A DNA stretch of 64,000 bases from Bythopirellula sp. GTDB taxonomy: Bacteria; Planctomycetota; Planctomycetia; Pirellulales; Lacipirellulaceae. The position numbers were made by a program, and so were the translations under genes. Shown here piece after piece: positions 30,694 to 39,934 of the stretch. The notes beneath the pieces were generated by a model that saw only the letters and a program-made list of their open reading frames with translations, had not been told where the DNA came from and did not search any database. The stretch is from positions 4,256,001-4,320,000 of the forward strand of contig OZ244170.1 of the NCBI GenBank assembly GCA_965216565.1, in the 5' to 3' direction. Within the stretch, counting starts at the first letter, position 1, and each line of letters starts with the position of its first letter.

Positions 30694-33600
30694 GTGACCA
30701 AACCTGCCCGCCAACTCAGTTCCCAGATGTCGACTATTCTGGAAGAGGTGGTTGGATATCTAAATTTTTCCTCGGGGACAAGCGACGCAAAGTTTCTGCG
30801 GAACATCAACCTGCTCTACGCGGAGTTGGAAGATGGCCAGCCCTCAGCAGACACGCACCAGCAGCTGAGTGAGATGCTGCTGGAAACAATTTCTCGTTTG
30901 CAGAAAAATGGGAAGGCATTTGAGAATATCGAGCAGGCAGAGACCGTAGTTCAATTGTTGAGCGGCCAACTTCTGCATGCATATCGCGAATTCCACATAG
31001 ACTTGCTCTTCCATCAATCCGATGCCGGCTTGTGGCGACCGTTTTTTGTGGGTCGGGCCTTGGAAGCATTGGTCTCGCAGGGAGGGCCCTGGGAGGAGCA
31101 CGACCGAATTGTGCAAGGCGCAATTGCACAAATGAACGACTACGTTGGTTATCGCCCTGTGGCGACCTTAACTAGCGGCAATCAGTCAATGCCGTATGCA
31201 CACGAGTTTGTGCGACCCATCCCGCTCTTCATTCGCGGAGCGGGTGTTGCCGTGGGGCGGTACGAGAAAATCATTTCCTTAGCGCTGGATATTTTGGCCA
31301 ATACAGATGAGGATCTTTTAAACCGCGCTTGGTTCGATTTGGAAAGATTGGAAGAGGTAGCGCTTGACCCACGCGAATACGATTTCGATCACCCGGCAAA
31401 CCGTCGGCCCAACTACCACTTCGGTCAGTGGGATCCTAATCGGATTTCGAATTCCGGATATTACACACGTATGGTTTTGCAGCAGGTGACGCTTGATGCC
31501 CTGCTTTCGCGTTGCAAGGATGAGGATTGTTCAGAGGAAACGCGCGAGAATCACATCCACGAGGCGGCTGCGGTGCTGGCTGGTACCATCCTGATGGCCT
31601 CGGGTACGAGCGGTGACGGACCTGGCCGGCACGATTCCACCGTCACGCTCTCCACACTACTACCTCACATTGCATCGTATCGCGACGACTTTTACGAGCA
31701 ATTGCTGTTGAACACGGAGGGATCGCTAGGTGAACATTTGCGAGAAGAAGCAAAGCGATTCCGGCAGCCCTTTGGCGCGGCCCGCCAGCACTTGAATCAT
31801 GAGTTGGCTCGTCGACGCGCCAAACAAATGCAGCATGTCCATCTGTCGCATCTATTTGCGCGCCTTGGATATCCGCATGCTGCACAGCGTGAGGCGGAAC
31901 TGGTGCGGGTGCCAGCCGCGCGGATGTTGAGTGAAATCTACGGGCGCTTGACAGGTGGTCACGATGCCATCGACGACGGACAACTCGACCAGGTGGTGCA
32001 GCATCTCACAGAGTGTGAGAGCTTGGTGCTTCGGGCCATCGAATGCGGCGCGTTAGTGGATCCTTGGAACGTTGTTGGATTTGCCGGGAATTTTAGCTTG
32101 TTTCCGGCTCTGGAGAATTCGGTTCACGATTTCCGCGTTGACGAATTGGTGGATTTGGTCGAACAGGTACTCGACCTGGCCGCACGCGCGTGGAGCGAAT
32201 CGGCTGCCAGAGACAACAGTGTTCTTGAGCAACAGTTTTCCGCCATCCTAAGCCGCATGGCTGCATGGTGGGATCAGTTTGCTACAACCACGGTGGAAGG
32301 TATCCAGAGACTAGTAGCCAAGGAAATAGAAGTCTCCGCGAATCTTGTGGCCGGTTCGCTCAATGCTTGGCACAAAGCCGGGGCGGCCGCGGGTGACATC
32401 GGTTTCTGGCGGTTATTCGTGGAGCAGTTCGACTCCTCCAAGGCGTTTCAGTTGGTGATCGAGGCGCTACTGGATCATCGCGACACAGTGGCCTCGATGG
32501 CCCTGATGATGCAGTGGGTTAGTCAAAAAGACAGAACGCCATTGGAAGAAGGCGATGCCTCTTTCAGACGTTTGGCTTTCTCATGGCTGGCGACCGTGGA
32601 GCAGCAGCAAGGGGAGCAGAACGAGGATTCTTGGCCCCAAGTGGCCAAGTTTTTCGCTTACCTAGAAGCCAACGCCGAAGAGTTTTGGGAAGTTCCCTCT
32701 TTGATGCTCGATTCGTCACTCGGTTCGTTGTTTGACGAGGTCATTGACGACATCGAAGATGCCGAGTTTTTCGAAGATCAAGAAGACGATAGCGAAGTGA
32801 TGGAAGAAGAGGACGAAGACGAAGGACTCTTTGAAGCGGCTTACGAAGAAATGGTTTTTCGCGATAGTTCCGACGATGGCCGAGAGGGAGACTTAGCAGA
32901 CGACGAAATTGCTGCGTACGAAGATACCGAATGGGAGATGGAAGTCGAGCGGTTGCATCAGCGATTGCGATTCTTGACTACGGTGGCACGTTTGTGGAAA
33001 CATGCCACGATCACCTGGGGTTCGGTCAACGATTCGAATGCCGAGAAGACGGAAATTTTCGATCAGTGGCTAAATCAGTGCAGCACCAATTACCGGCAAT
33101 TGGTCGAATTGCTGGAAACGGTCCACGGGTATCGGTTGATGGAGCCTTCGGGCTCTCACGAGTCGCTTGTTGAATTCGATCGGATGCGGACGATCAAGGA
33201 AGGCCTAATACAGAAGATTCTCACCACCTGTGTGGAAACGAGTGACTCAGCTCGGTTGCTTGCGGCTGTGCAGGGGGAACGAGCGGGCGCGGCTGCCGAT
33301 GCGTTTGGAGAACCACTCAATCGCAGTTCGGTTTTGATTTTGCAGGCTGTACTCGATGGGGACGTGGAATCTGTTCGCAGCACCTGGCCCGATTTCGTGA
33401 AGTCGATCCAGCCGAGATCATTGCTATACCTGCCCCATTCAAGAGGCGGCAAACCTCGTCAAATTGTGGCCACGCGTGGACTGCAACAATTGCTACACGA
33501 CTTGTTGGGATGGCTGCCAGGGCTGGGCATGATTCGAGAGACTTGCCAACTACTGGAACTTGCCCAAGAGATGGAGCACGCCGATATGCAGCGCGAGCAT

Positions 33601-34707
33601 CCCATCGGCCCAGGTGCGGTGACCGAGTTCGATCGACTCTTCGCTAACGGCTATCAGGCAATTGTCCGCTCGATAGTGGCCTCGTCAGAAACTTGGAAAC
33701 CCTCCGACGATCGTTCAGGCTTCACCCACAAAGAGCACTTGCTGGTGGATGCTCTCCAGCAACTCACAGAGCGACAGCTGAATCATTGGTTACAGCACAG
33801 CCGCACCTTGCGGCTAAGTGTGGTGGAGCGACTTTCTGATGATACTAGCTGGAAGAGCTTCGTCGAGTTCATCAAACGTTATGGGGGCGACATATTTGAT
33901 CAGCGGTTCATGAGTTTTGGCAATCTACGCGGTATCTTGCACCAGAGCGTCGATATGTGGCTCGATAGTATGGCAGACAACCCCGACGCGGCAGAAGATA
34001 TCCGGCTTCTCGAAGACTTGGAAGAAGGTCATCCACGGGATCAAGTTGTCGACAAACTGACGACTACCATTGAGGCAGTCGTCGAAAACTACCAAATCTA
34101 TCGCGACTACAACACGACGACTACGCAGTCGGACCATGGCGAATTACTGTATACGCTGATAGATTTTTTGCGGCTTAAGGCAGCCTACGATCGTGTGGCC
34201 TGGAACCTTCGGCCAGTCGTATGGGCCCACGAGATCTTGGTGCGTCAACAGAAGTCACTGGCCTCGGAAATGTGGTGCCAAGCATTTGCGGAACGGACTG
34301 CCGAAGCCGCTGATGCCCACCTCAAACAACTCGCAGCGCTCTCGCAACAGTACGGCATGCAGTTGCCGACCATTGCAGATCGTATTGGTGAACGGTTTGT
34401 GCGACCATTATTGATCGATCGCGTGAAGGCGCTGATCGAACCAGCACTAACCGCCACGGGGGACGATCGGAAAGAGGCATTCCTGGCACTCGACCGCGAA
34501 ATAGAGAGTCTAGCGATCGAACCGAGTGGCGCAGGGCTTGTTCTCCCCGATTGGTTAGCGGCCTTGGAGGACGAAGTCACCGCCGCCCGCACTCGCTCCT
34601 CCCGCTTGCCCTCCCGCGACCGCCTGGGAGGACGCATCGGCCAAGTGCTACTCTCCTGGGACGAACTGCTCGCTCAGCTAGAAGAGCCTGGCGGTGACGA
34701 GGCATAG
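30694..34707 (+). CDS. Large hypothetical helical protein (1337 aa)
   Basis: Uninterrupted 4-kb ORF; YLNFSSG, RPNYHFGQWDP, DYNTTTTQSDHGE blocks; central acidic linker. Confidence 0.88.
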   Translation: MTKPARQLSSQMSTILEEVVGYLNFSSGTSDAKFLRNINLLYAELEDGQPSADTHQQLSEMLLETISRLQKNGKAFENIEQAETVVQLLSGQLLHAYREFHIDLLFHQSDAGLWRPFFVGRALEALVSQGGPWEEHDRIVQGAIAQMNDYVGYRPVATLTSGNQSMPYAHEFVRPIPLFIRGAGVAVGRYEKIISLALDILANTDEDLLNRAWFDLERLEEVALDPREYDFDHPANRRPNYHFGQWDPNRISNSGYYTRMVLQQVTLDALLSRCKDEDCSEETRENHIHEAAAVLAGTILMASGTSGDGPGRHDSTVTLSTLLPHIASYRDDFYEQLLLNTEGSLGEHLREEAKRFRQPFGAARQHLNHELARRRAKQMQHVHLSHLFARLGYPHAAQREAELVRVPAARMLSEIYGRLTGGHDAIDDGQLDQVVQHLTECESLVLRAIECGALVDPWNVVGFAGNFSLFPALENSVHDFRVDELVDLVEQVLDLAARAWSESAARDNSVLEQQFSAILSRMAAWWDQFATTTVEGIQRLVAKEIEVSANLVAGSLNAWHKAGAAAGDIGFWRLFVEQFDSSKAFQLVIEALLDHRDTVASMALMMQWVSQKDRTPLEEGDASFRRLAFSWLATVEQQQGEQNEDSWPQVAKFFAYLEANAEEFWEVPSLMLDSSLGSLFDEVIDDIEDAEFFEDQEDDSEVMEEEDEDEGLFEAAYEEMVFRDSSDDGREGDLADDEIAAYEDTEWEMEVERLHQRLRFLTTVARLWKHATITWGSVNDSNAEKTEIFDQWLNQCSTNYRQLVELLETVHGYRLMEPSGSHESLVEFDRMRTIKEGLIQKILTTCVETSDSARLLAAVQGERAGAAADAFGEPLNRSSVLILQAVLDGDVESVRSTWPDFVKSIQPRSLLYLPHSRGGKPRQIVATRGLQQLLHDLLGWLPGLGMIRETCQLLELAQEMEHADMQREHPIGPGAVTEFDRLFANGYQAIVRSIVASSETWKPSDDRSGFTHKEHLLVDALQQLTERQLNHWLQHSRTLRLSVVERLSDDTSWKSFVEFIKRYGGDIFDQRFMSFGNLRGILHQSVDMWLDSMADNPDAAEDIRLLEDLEEGHPRDQVVDKLTTTIEAVVENYQIYRDYNTTTTQSDHGELLYTLIDFLRLKAAYDRVAWNLRPVVWAHEILVRQQKSLASEMWCQAFAERTAEAADAHLKQLAALSQQYGMQLPTIADRIGERFVRPLLIDRVKALIEPALTATGDDRKEAFLALDREIESLAIEPSGAGLVLPDWLAALEDEVTAARTRSSRLPSRDRLGGRIGQVLLSWDELLAQLEEPGGDEA

Positions 34708-34949
34708 TGTTTCGTTAGTCTGGACGAGCCATCCTCTAATCCCTCGCGACGACATGCCGCGAGAAAGACTAGCTTCTTGATACAGCCGCAAGATGCATGG
34801 TCCACTAGTCTGGAAGAAAGCCCGCAAAAACACTTCAACAATCAAACTTCACACATCAAACTTCCCCCACCCCACCCTTGCCGAACCTGCCTTCGGCCGC
34901 CATATTGGTAGTAGACGCTTGTTCATCTTTTGCGGTATGGAGACATTCT

Positions 34950-36209
34950 ATGAACAACTTGGTGACCTGCCCCCAGTGCAGTAGCGAATTTCAAATCGAC
35001 CAAGCTCTCTCGGCCCAGTTGGACGAAGAGATCCGTGGCCAGCTTCAGGCTGAGTATTCCAAAAAAGAGCAGCACCTGAAGAAGCAGCGCGACCAGCTTG
35101 CGCAACAGACCGAGCAACTTGCGAACAAGGAAGCAGAGCTGGCCGAGCAGATTAAGCAGGCCGTCCATAAGGAACGAGAATCGATCGCCGCCAAAGCCCG
35201 CGTAGAGGCTCAACAAGCGGTCGCCGTCGAGATCAAAGACCGCGACGAGCAGCTTAAAGACGTTCAGCAGCAGCTCAAGGGTTTTCAACAGCAGGAACTG
35301 GAACTCCGCAAGCAGAAGAGGCAGCTTGAGGAACAGGCTCAGAAGCAGGAATTGGAACTACAGCGTCGCATGGATGAGGAACGCAAGAAGGTCCGCGAAG
35401 CTGCCCTGAAGCAAGCCGATGAACAGTTTCAGCTCAAGCAGGCGGAGAACGAGCATGTCATCGAGGCTATGCGCAGACAGATTGACGAACTAAAACGCAA
35501 GGCCGAGCAAGGTTCGCAGCAGGTTCAAGGCGAAGTGCAGGAGATTGCGCTGGAGAATCTGCTAGCCGAGGCTTTTCCGGGCGATGTCATCGACCCAGTG
35601 GCCAAGGGCGTACGGGGTGCCGACGTCATTCAGCACGTGTTCGATGGCAATGGCCGCGAGTGTGGATCGATATTGTGGGAATCGAAACGCACCAAGACTT
35701 GGAACGACAAATGGCTGGGCAAAGCAATCGACGATCAGCAGGAAGCTCGGGCAAGTTGTGCTTGTATTGTTAGCTCGGCGATGCCGGAGGCGATTTCCCA
35801 CTTTGGCGACGTCAACGGAGTGTGGGTCGCCGGTTGGCCCTGTGCCCGCAGTGCCGCCATGGCGATGCGCCGTGTGCTGATCGAGACATTCCAAGCGCGT
35901 CGGGCCAGCGAAGGCCAGCATGGGAAGATGGAGCTGGTGTACGGCTACCTCTCAGGCACCGAGTTCCGCAATCGCATTCGAGGACTGGTCGAACCCTATA
36001 TCGAAATGCAGGCGGACTTGGAGTCGGAAAAACGTGCCTACAACAAACATTGGAATAAGCGACAGAAGCAACTCGACCGGGCGATCACCAGCACGACCGG
36101 TCTCTACGGAGATTTGCAGGGCATCATTGGCAATGGGATGCAGGAGATCGAGGGCATGGATTGCCTGGCGATCGATACTGCCGAGGCTACGTCGCCAGCT
36201 CGGGACTGA
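34950..36209 (+). CDS. DUF2130-like coiled-coil protein
   Basis: N-terminal CPQC, long coiled coil, GSQQVQGEVQE, GADVIQ, ILWESKRTKTW. Confidence 0.88.
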   Translation: MNNLVTCPQCSSEFQIDQALSAQLDEEIRGQLQAEYSKKEQHLKKQRDQLAQQTEQLANKEAELAEQIKQAVHKERESIAAKARVEAQQAVAVEIKDRDEQLKDVQQQLKGFQQQELELRKQKRQLEEQAQKQELELQRRMDEERKKVREAALKQADEQFQLKQAENEHVIEAMRRQIDELKRKAEQGSQQVQGEVQEIALENLLAEAFPGDVIDPVAKGVRGADVIQHVFDGNGRECGSILWESKRTKTWNDKWLGKAIDDQQEARASCACIVSSAMPEAISHFGDVNGVWVAGWPCARSAAMAMRRVLIETFQARRASEGQHGKMELVYGYLSGTEFRNRIRGLVEPYIEMQADLESEKRAYNKHWNKRQKQLDRAITSTTGLYGDLQGIIGNGMQEIEGMDCLAIDTAEATSPARD

Positions 36210-37044
36210 GTTCTGCGTGTGCCGACCGAATAGTTGCCGAGTCGATGATTTCCGGTGCCGAGATCGATCCCAAGAGCAGTGCATGATCGGCGAGCCGACT
36301 TACTTGTCGCGGCACGCCGCCTGCTATGCGATGAATCTCTGCAAGCGATTGGTCGTCGAATAGTGGCTGCTGACAGCCGGCCTCTACCAGGGCCAGTTGC
36401 AGATAGCCCACGGTATCGAGCTCGTCCCAAGGTTCCAGTTCGATGCGGAGATCAATCAAGTCACACATTGCTGCCCCCAGTCTATCGGTTTCCTGTTCGT
36501 GACAGGTAAGCACCAGGCTCGGCGGGGAAGCGAGCGCGCTGCAATGCTTGACTAGTCGCAACAGTTGCGACATCACGTCGGGTCCGGCTTGGTGGGCATC
36601 GTCGAGTAGTAGAACGGTCGAAGCACCTTGGACACTGCTTTCAAATAGGCGGTCGGCAAGATTGCGATATAGGTGAGGGAGGTCGTGCCCAGGCGGCATG
36701 TGGCATCCCAGCGTTGTCCCAAGCTGTGAGTAGAAGTCTCTCGTACTGAGGCCTTGCAAGCTGAGCTGGGCGACAGACGCATTGCTCCGACGACAGTCAG
36801 TCGCAAACGATTGGAGCAGTAGCGACTTCCCCAGGCCAGCAGCTGCAGTCACGAAGGCCAGCTTGCCGCTAGAGCGAATGTAGCGAAGTCGAGCGAGTGC
36901 TTCGCGTTGGCTGGCCCCTTCGAAGAATAGGCTGTTTTGGAGCCCACCGCCAAACGGCGAATTCTCCAAGCCCCAATTTGATGATTTCAAATGATCAGCC
37001 ACTTGAGCGTTGCTCCTTGAGAAGTGAGAATTCCTAACTAGCAT
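36187..37044 (-). CDS. ExeA/GspA-family AAA+ ATPase (true start probably ~50 nt further in)
   Basis: WGLENSPF, EALARLRY, variant Walker A AAAGLGKS, Walker B LLLDDA, GGVPRQV..LAD. Confidence 0.82.
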   Translation of the reverse strand: MLVRNSHFSRSNAQVADHLKSSNWGLENSPFGGGLQNSLFFEGASQREALARLRYIRSSGKLAFVTAAAGLGKSLLLQSFATDCRRSNASVAQLSLQGLSTRDFYSQLGTTLGCHMPPGHDLPHLYRNLADRLFESSVQGASTVLLLDDAHQAGPDVMSQLLRLVKHCSALASPPSLVLTCHEQETDRLGAAMCDLIDLRIELEPWDELDTVGYLQLALVEAGCQQPLFDDQSLAEIHRIAGGVPRQVSRLADHALLLGSISAPEIIDSATIRSAHAELSPELAT

Positions 37045-37126
37045 CGGCTATTTGGCAACTGCAACTTTGTGTTTGCGGCCCAGAAGCCATTGCATGCTCC
37101 AACTTGCTAGCCCCGCTATCATTGCC

Positions 37127-37816
37127 ATGCTCGATCGGTACTTCAGCGAAGAGAAGATAAATGCCCCGGCGGTAACGCTAGGGGGAAGTGAGGCGCATCA
37201 CCTGCTACATGTGATGCGAGCTCAACCAGGGCAGAAAGTCACACTGTTCGACGGCCACGGAGGCGAGTTTGCATCGGAGGTTTCGCGCTGTGGGCGAGCC
37301 GAGGTGGAGCTGTCCGTAGGCCCTCGACAGGAAATCGAGCGAGAGCTGGATTTTCAGCTTACGTTGGCAGTGCCGCTGCCTAAGGGCGACCGACAGCGGT
37401 GGTTGGTCGAAAAGTCTGTCGAAATGGGGGTCACGCGTCTACTGCCGCTGAGCACTGCGAGGAGTCAGCAAAATCGTTCCGAAACGCCCGCCAAGCTCGC
37501 CCGTTATGTGATCGGAGCCAGTAAGCAGTCTGGCCGGAATCGGCTCATGGAGATTACTGCGCCGGTTAGCAATTCAGACTTGTTAAAGCAACAGGCCACC
37601 AGAAAAATTCTTGCGCATCCTGGGGGAGTGAGCCTCTCGGATCTGGATTCCGCATCCACGGCAGACACAATTCTCGCCATCGGCCCGGAAGGTGGATTTA
37701 CAGACGAAGAGGTAGCCCAGGCCAAGGAACAGGATTGGCAGGTCATTGGCTTGGGGGAACGCATCTTACGCGTGGAGACTGCCGCTGTGGCGCTGATAGC
37801 CAAATTACTGAATTAG
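37127..37816 (+). CDS. rsmE: 16S rRNA m3U1498 methyltransferase RsmE
   Basis: HHLLHVMR, KSVEMGV, ASKQSGR, IGPEGGFT, LGERILRVETAA. Confidence 0.95.
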   Translation: MLDRYFSEEKINAPAVTLGGSEAHHLLHVMRAQPGQKVTLFDGHGGEFASEVSRCGRAEVELSVGPRQEIERELDFQLTLAVPLPKGDRQRWLVEKSVEMGVTRLLPLSTARSQQNRSETPAKLARYVIGASKQSGRNRLMEITAPVSNSDLLKQQATRKILAHPGGVSLSDLDSASTADTILAIGPEGGFTDEEVAQAKEQDWQVIGLGERILRVETAAVALIAKLLN

Positions 37817-37853
37817 CCCCAGGTACCCATAGAGGCTGAATGGGCACGGTTTG

Positions 37854-38498
37854 CTAACGAGACTCTTTGCTGGCCGCGTCGATGCTTGCCATTCGTTCTT
37901 TCGCCACTTGCTTTTGTGCCGCGTTACCGTGCTTAGCGATGCGTTGGTAGAAAATCTTGGCCACTTGCGGCTGGCCATTCGCCTCGGCACGTTCGGCACG
38001 AGCAAGATAGATTGTCGCGCGCTGCGATTCACCGGCAGGCCCCGGTTGAGGAATTACTAGCGGCCTGGCGACGAATGGTTCGTTATCGTGAGCGTGAACA
38101 GCCAATTCCTGTCTGGCGGGAGCGTGCCGCAATTTGCGCCGCTGATCCGCCTCGGCAAGCAGGGCCCGATCGATTTCGGAATGATCGATAATCGTCGCGC
38201 CTACCCAGAAATTGCTGGTTGTCGTAGAGCGTCCGAACGAACGATTCCCCAAATTGCGCTGCAAACCCGGCAAGTGACCGCCCAGGGGACTCCCAAAACT
38301 GCTCTTCCCTAGCGAAGAATTCGTCACGCCGCCCAGAAAAACGCCTCCACGGTCTGGCACCACCACTGTCGTCGAGACTCCCGTAACACGAAACGTGGGC
38401 AATTGCACTGTCACTTGGGCGTGGCAGAACATATTCGCCACGCATCCTTGCCAGAGGAATAGCGCAGCAGCGGGAAGCAACCAACATGTACGGCTCAT
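37854..38498 (-). CDS. Secreted protein with a secretin C-terminal-like segment
   Basis: Signal peptide, then VQLPTF...TTVVVPDRGGVFLGGV...P..GHLPGLQRNLGNR; helical C-terminus. Confidence 0.65.
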   Translation of the reverse strand: MSRTCWLLPAAALFLWQGCVANMFCHAQVTVQLPTFRVTGVSTTVVVPDRGGVFLGGVTNSSLGKSSFGSPLGGHLPGLQRNLGNRSFGRSTTTSNFWVGATIIDHSEIDRALLAEADQRRKLRHAPARQELAVHAHDNEPFVARPLVIPQPGPAGESQRATIYLARAERAEANGQPQVAKIFYQRIAKHGNAAQKQVAKERMASIDAASKESR

Positions 38499-38670
38499 AG
38501 AGATCGCAATTCGATAGGCAAGGTGTTCCGTCTCAAACGTCACCACTCAGCCTACCGAAAAACTCGATTTCCCGCGATCTGTTTTCTCGTAGTCCCCAGT
38601 ATTGAGAGACTGAACTAGGAGTTCGAAGCCGAAATGGCCGAAGCCGTTACCAAGAACTCAAACTACCATT

Positions 38671-38749
38671 GTGAGCCGACGGCGCTAGCCGCGGGTATTG
38701 AAAGTATCACTCTGAAAATCGAAGCACCCGAGGTAGCGCCTACGGCTCA
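38671..38749. repeat. REP doublet (inverted TGAGCCG..GCGCTAGCC.CGGG units)
   Basis: Two inverted arms ~30 nt apart; near-identical copy at 39806-39885. Confidence 0.85.
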
Positions 38750-38781
38750 AAATCTTCACAATAGCATTCCCGAAACTACTT

Positions 38782-39507
38782 CTAGACCCTTCGGTCTCTC
38801 CGCAGCAGCAGAGTGACGACACCAATGCCTAGAGTTGCCAGCGTCGTTGGTTCGGGGACGGCTGGCTGTGTGGTAAACACAATCGTTGCCGCCAGCTGGT
38901 TATTGTTATTGTAAGTGCTCAAGGTGTTTGGATGAGGAGCGGAAGAGCCTGGGTAGTCCAACAGCAATCCCGTGCCACTGTTGATTACGCTGACGCTTAA
39001 GCCAGGAAACAAGCTGGGGTCGACAATGCTGGCCGACGTAAGAATGCCTGGTACTCCATCGTTCCAATTGATGTCGGTCAGGCGAATCTCCCAGCCTTCC
39101 GGAGAACTGCTTGCCGGGGACCCACTCGTGTTGATCAACGAAACGTCGACAGAATTTGCGTCGATATCAACTTCCAGGTTGTACTCTCCGAGTTTATGGA
39201 ACACGAATTCGGGGAAGATGACATCGGGATCGAGCACCACGGCTGCGGGCTGAAGGCTCGAAGAAGCTGGAAACGCAGGGACGACGCAGGTAGGACAGCC
39301 AGCTTTGGGCGCTGGATCGAATAGATTCCCTAGATTGGGATCATTCTTAAAGATCATCTCGCCATCGATAAAGTCGCCCAGCAAAGTCGCCGAGGCCTGG
39401 GTGAGAGGGATAGTTAGCAGGGCGAACACCAAGCAGAGTTGAAGTACTCGCTGCAGTTGAATTCCTCGTCTTGACGCGAGGATAAGTGATTGGGTTTTGT
39501 GGTTCAT
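38782..39507 (-). CDS. PEP-CTERM sorting domain protein
   Basis: Signal peptide; C-terminal VPEPTT + TM + RRDRR; AGGAG RBS. Confidence 0.9.
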   Translation of the reverse strand: MNHKTQSLILASRRGIQLQRVLQLCLVFALLTIPLTQASATLLGDFIDGEMIFKNDPNLGNLFDPAPKAGCPTCVVPAFPASSSLQPAAVVLDPDVIFPEFVFHKLGEYNLEVDIDANSVDVSLINTSGSPASSSPEGWEIRLTDINWNDGVPGILTSASIVDPSLFPGLSVSVINSGTGLLLDYPGSSAPHPNTLSTYNNNNQLAATIVFTTQPAVPEPTTLATLGIGVVTLLLRRDRRV

Positions 39508-39771
39508 TAGACTTCTCCTACACAAGTATGCAATTCAGGTGTGATGGCTTTTGGAGTTGGGATAGAAAAGAAGTGCGCCGCTTCGCAGGCAGGCGAACCG
39601 AGGTGTCTATCCTTCGATCCTGATTGGCAAGACGGAAAGAGAAAGAGACTCTTCGCTGTGAAGAGTTCAATTTTGCGAAGCCCTGATCGGGCACTTCCTA
39701 CGACTGCTACGATCCCACAGCAAAGCGCCTTACCAGCAGTACAAACCGATGTTGTCTTTTCGCAACATGCT

Positions 39772-39906
39772 TAGAACCTGTTTCAGGAAACGAAAACAGT
39801 TCTATGTGAGCCGACGGCGCTAGCCTCGGGTAGCGGAGGTCTGGGTGTTATTCTGATGCTACCCGACGCTAGCGCGTTCGGCTCATTGGTCTTGAAACAG
39901 CTTCTA
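39772..39906. repeat. MITE-like element (17-bp imperfect terminal inverted repeats) enclosing a REP doublet
   Basis: TAGAACCTGTTTCAGGA ... TCTTGAAACAGCTTCTA (15/17 complementary) around the doublet at 39806-39885. Confidence 0.7.
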
Positions 39907-39934
39907 GAAGAGATCATTGCGCTGCGTCGGCGCA

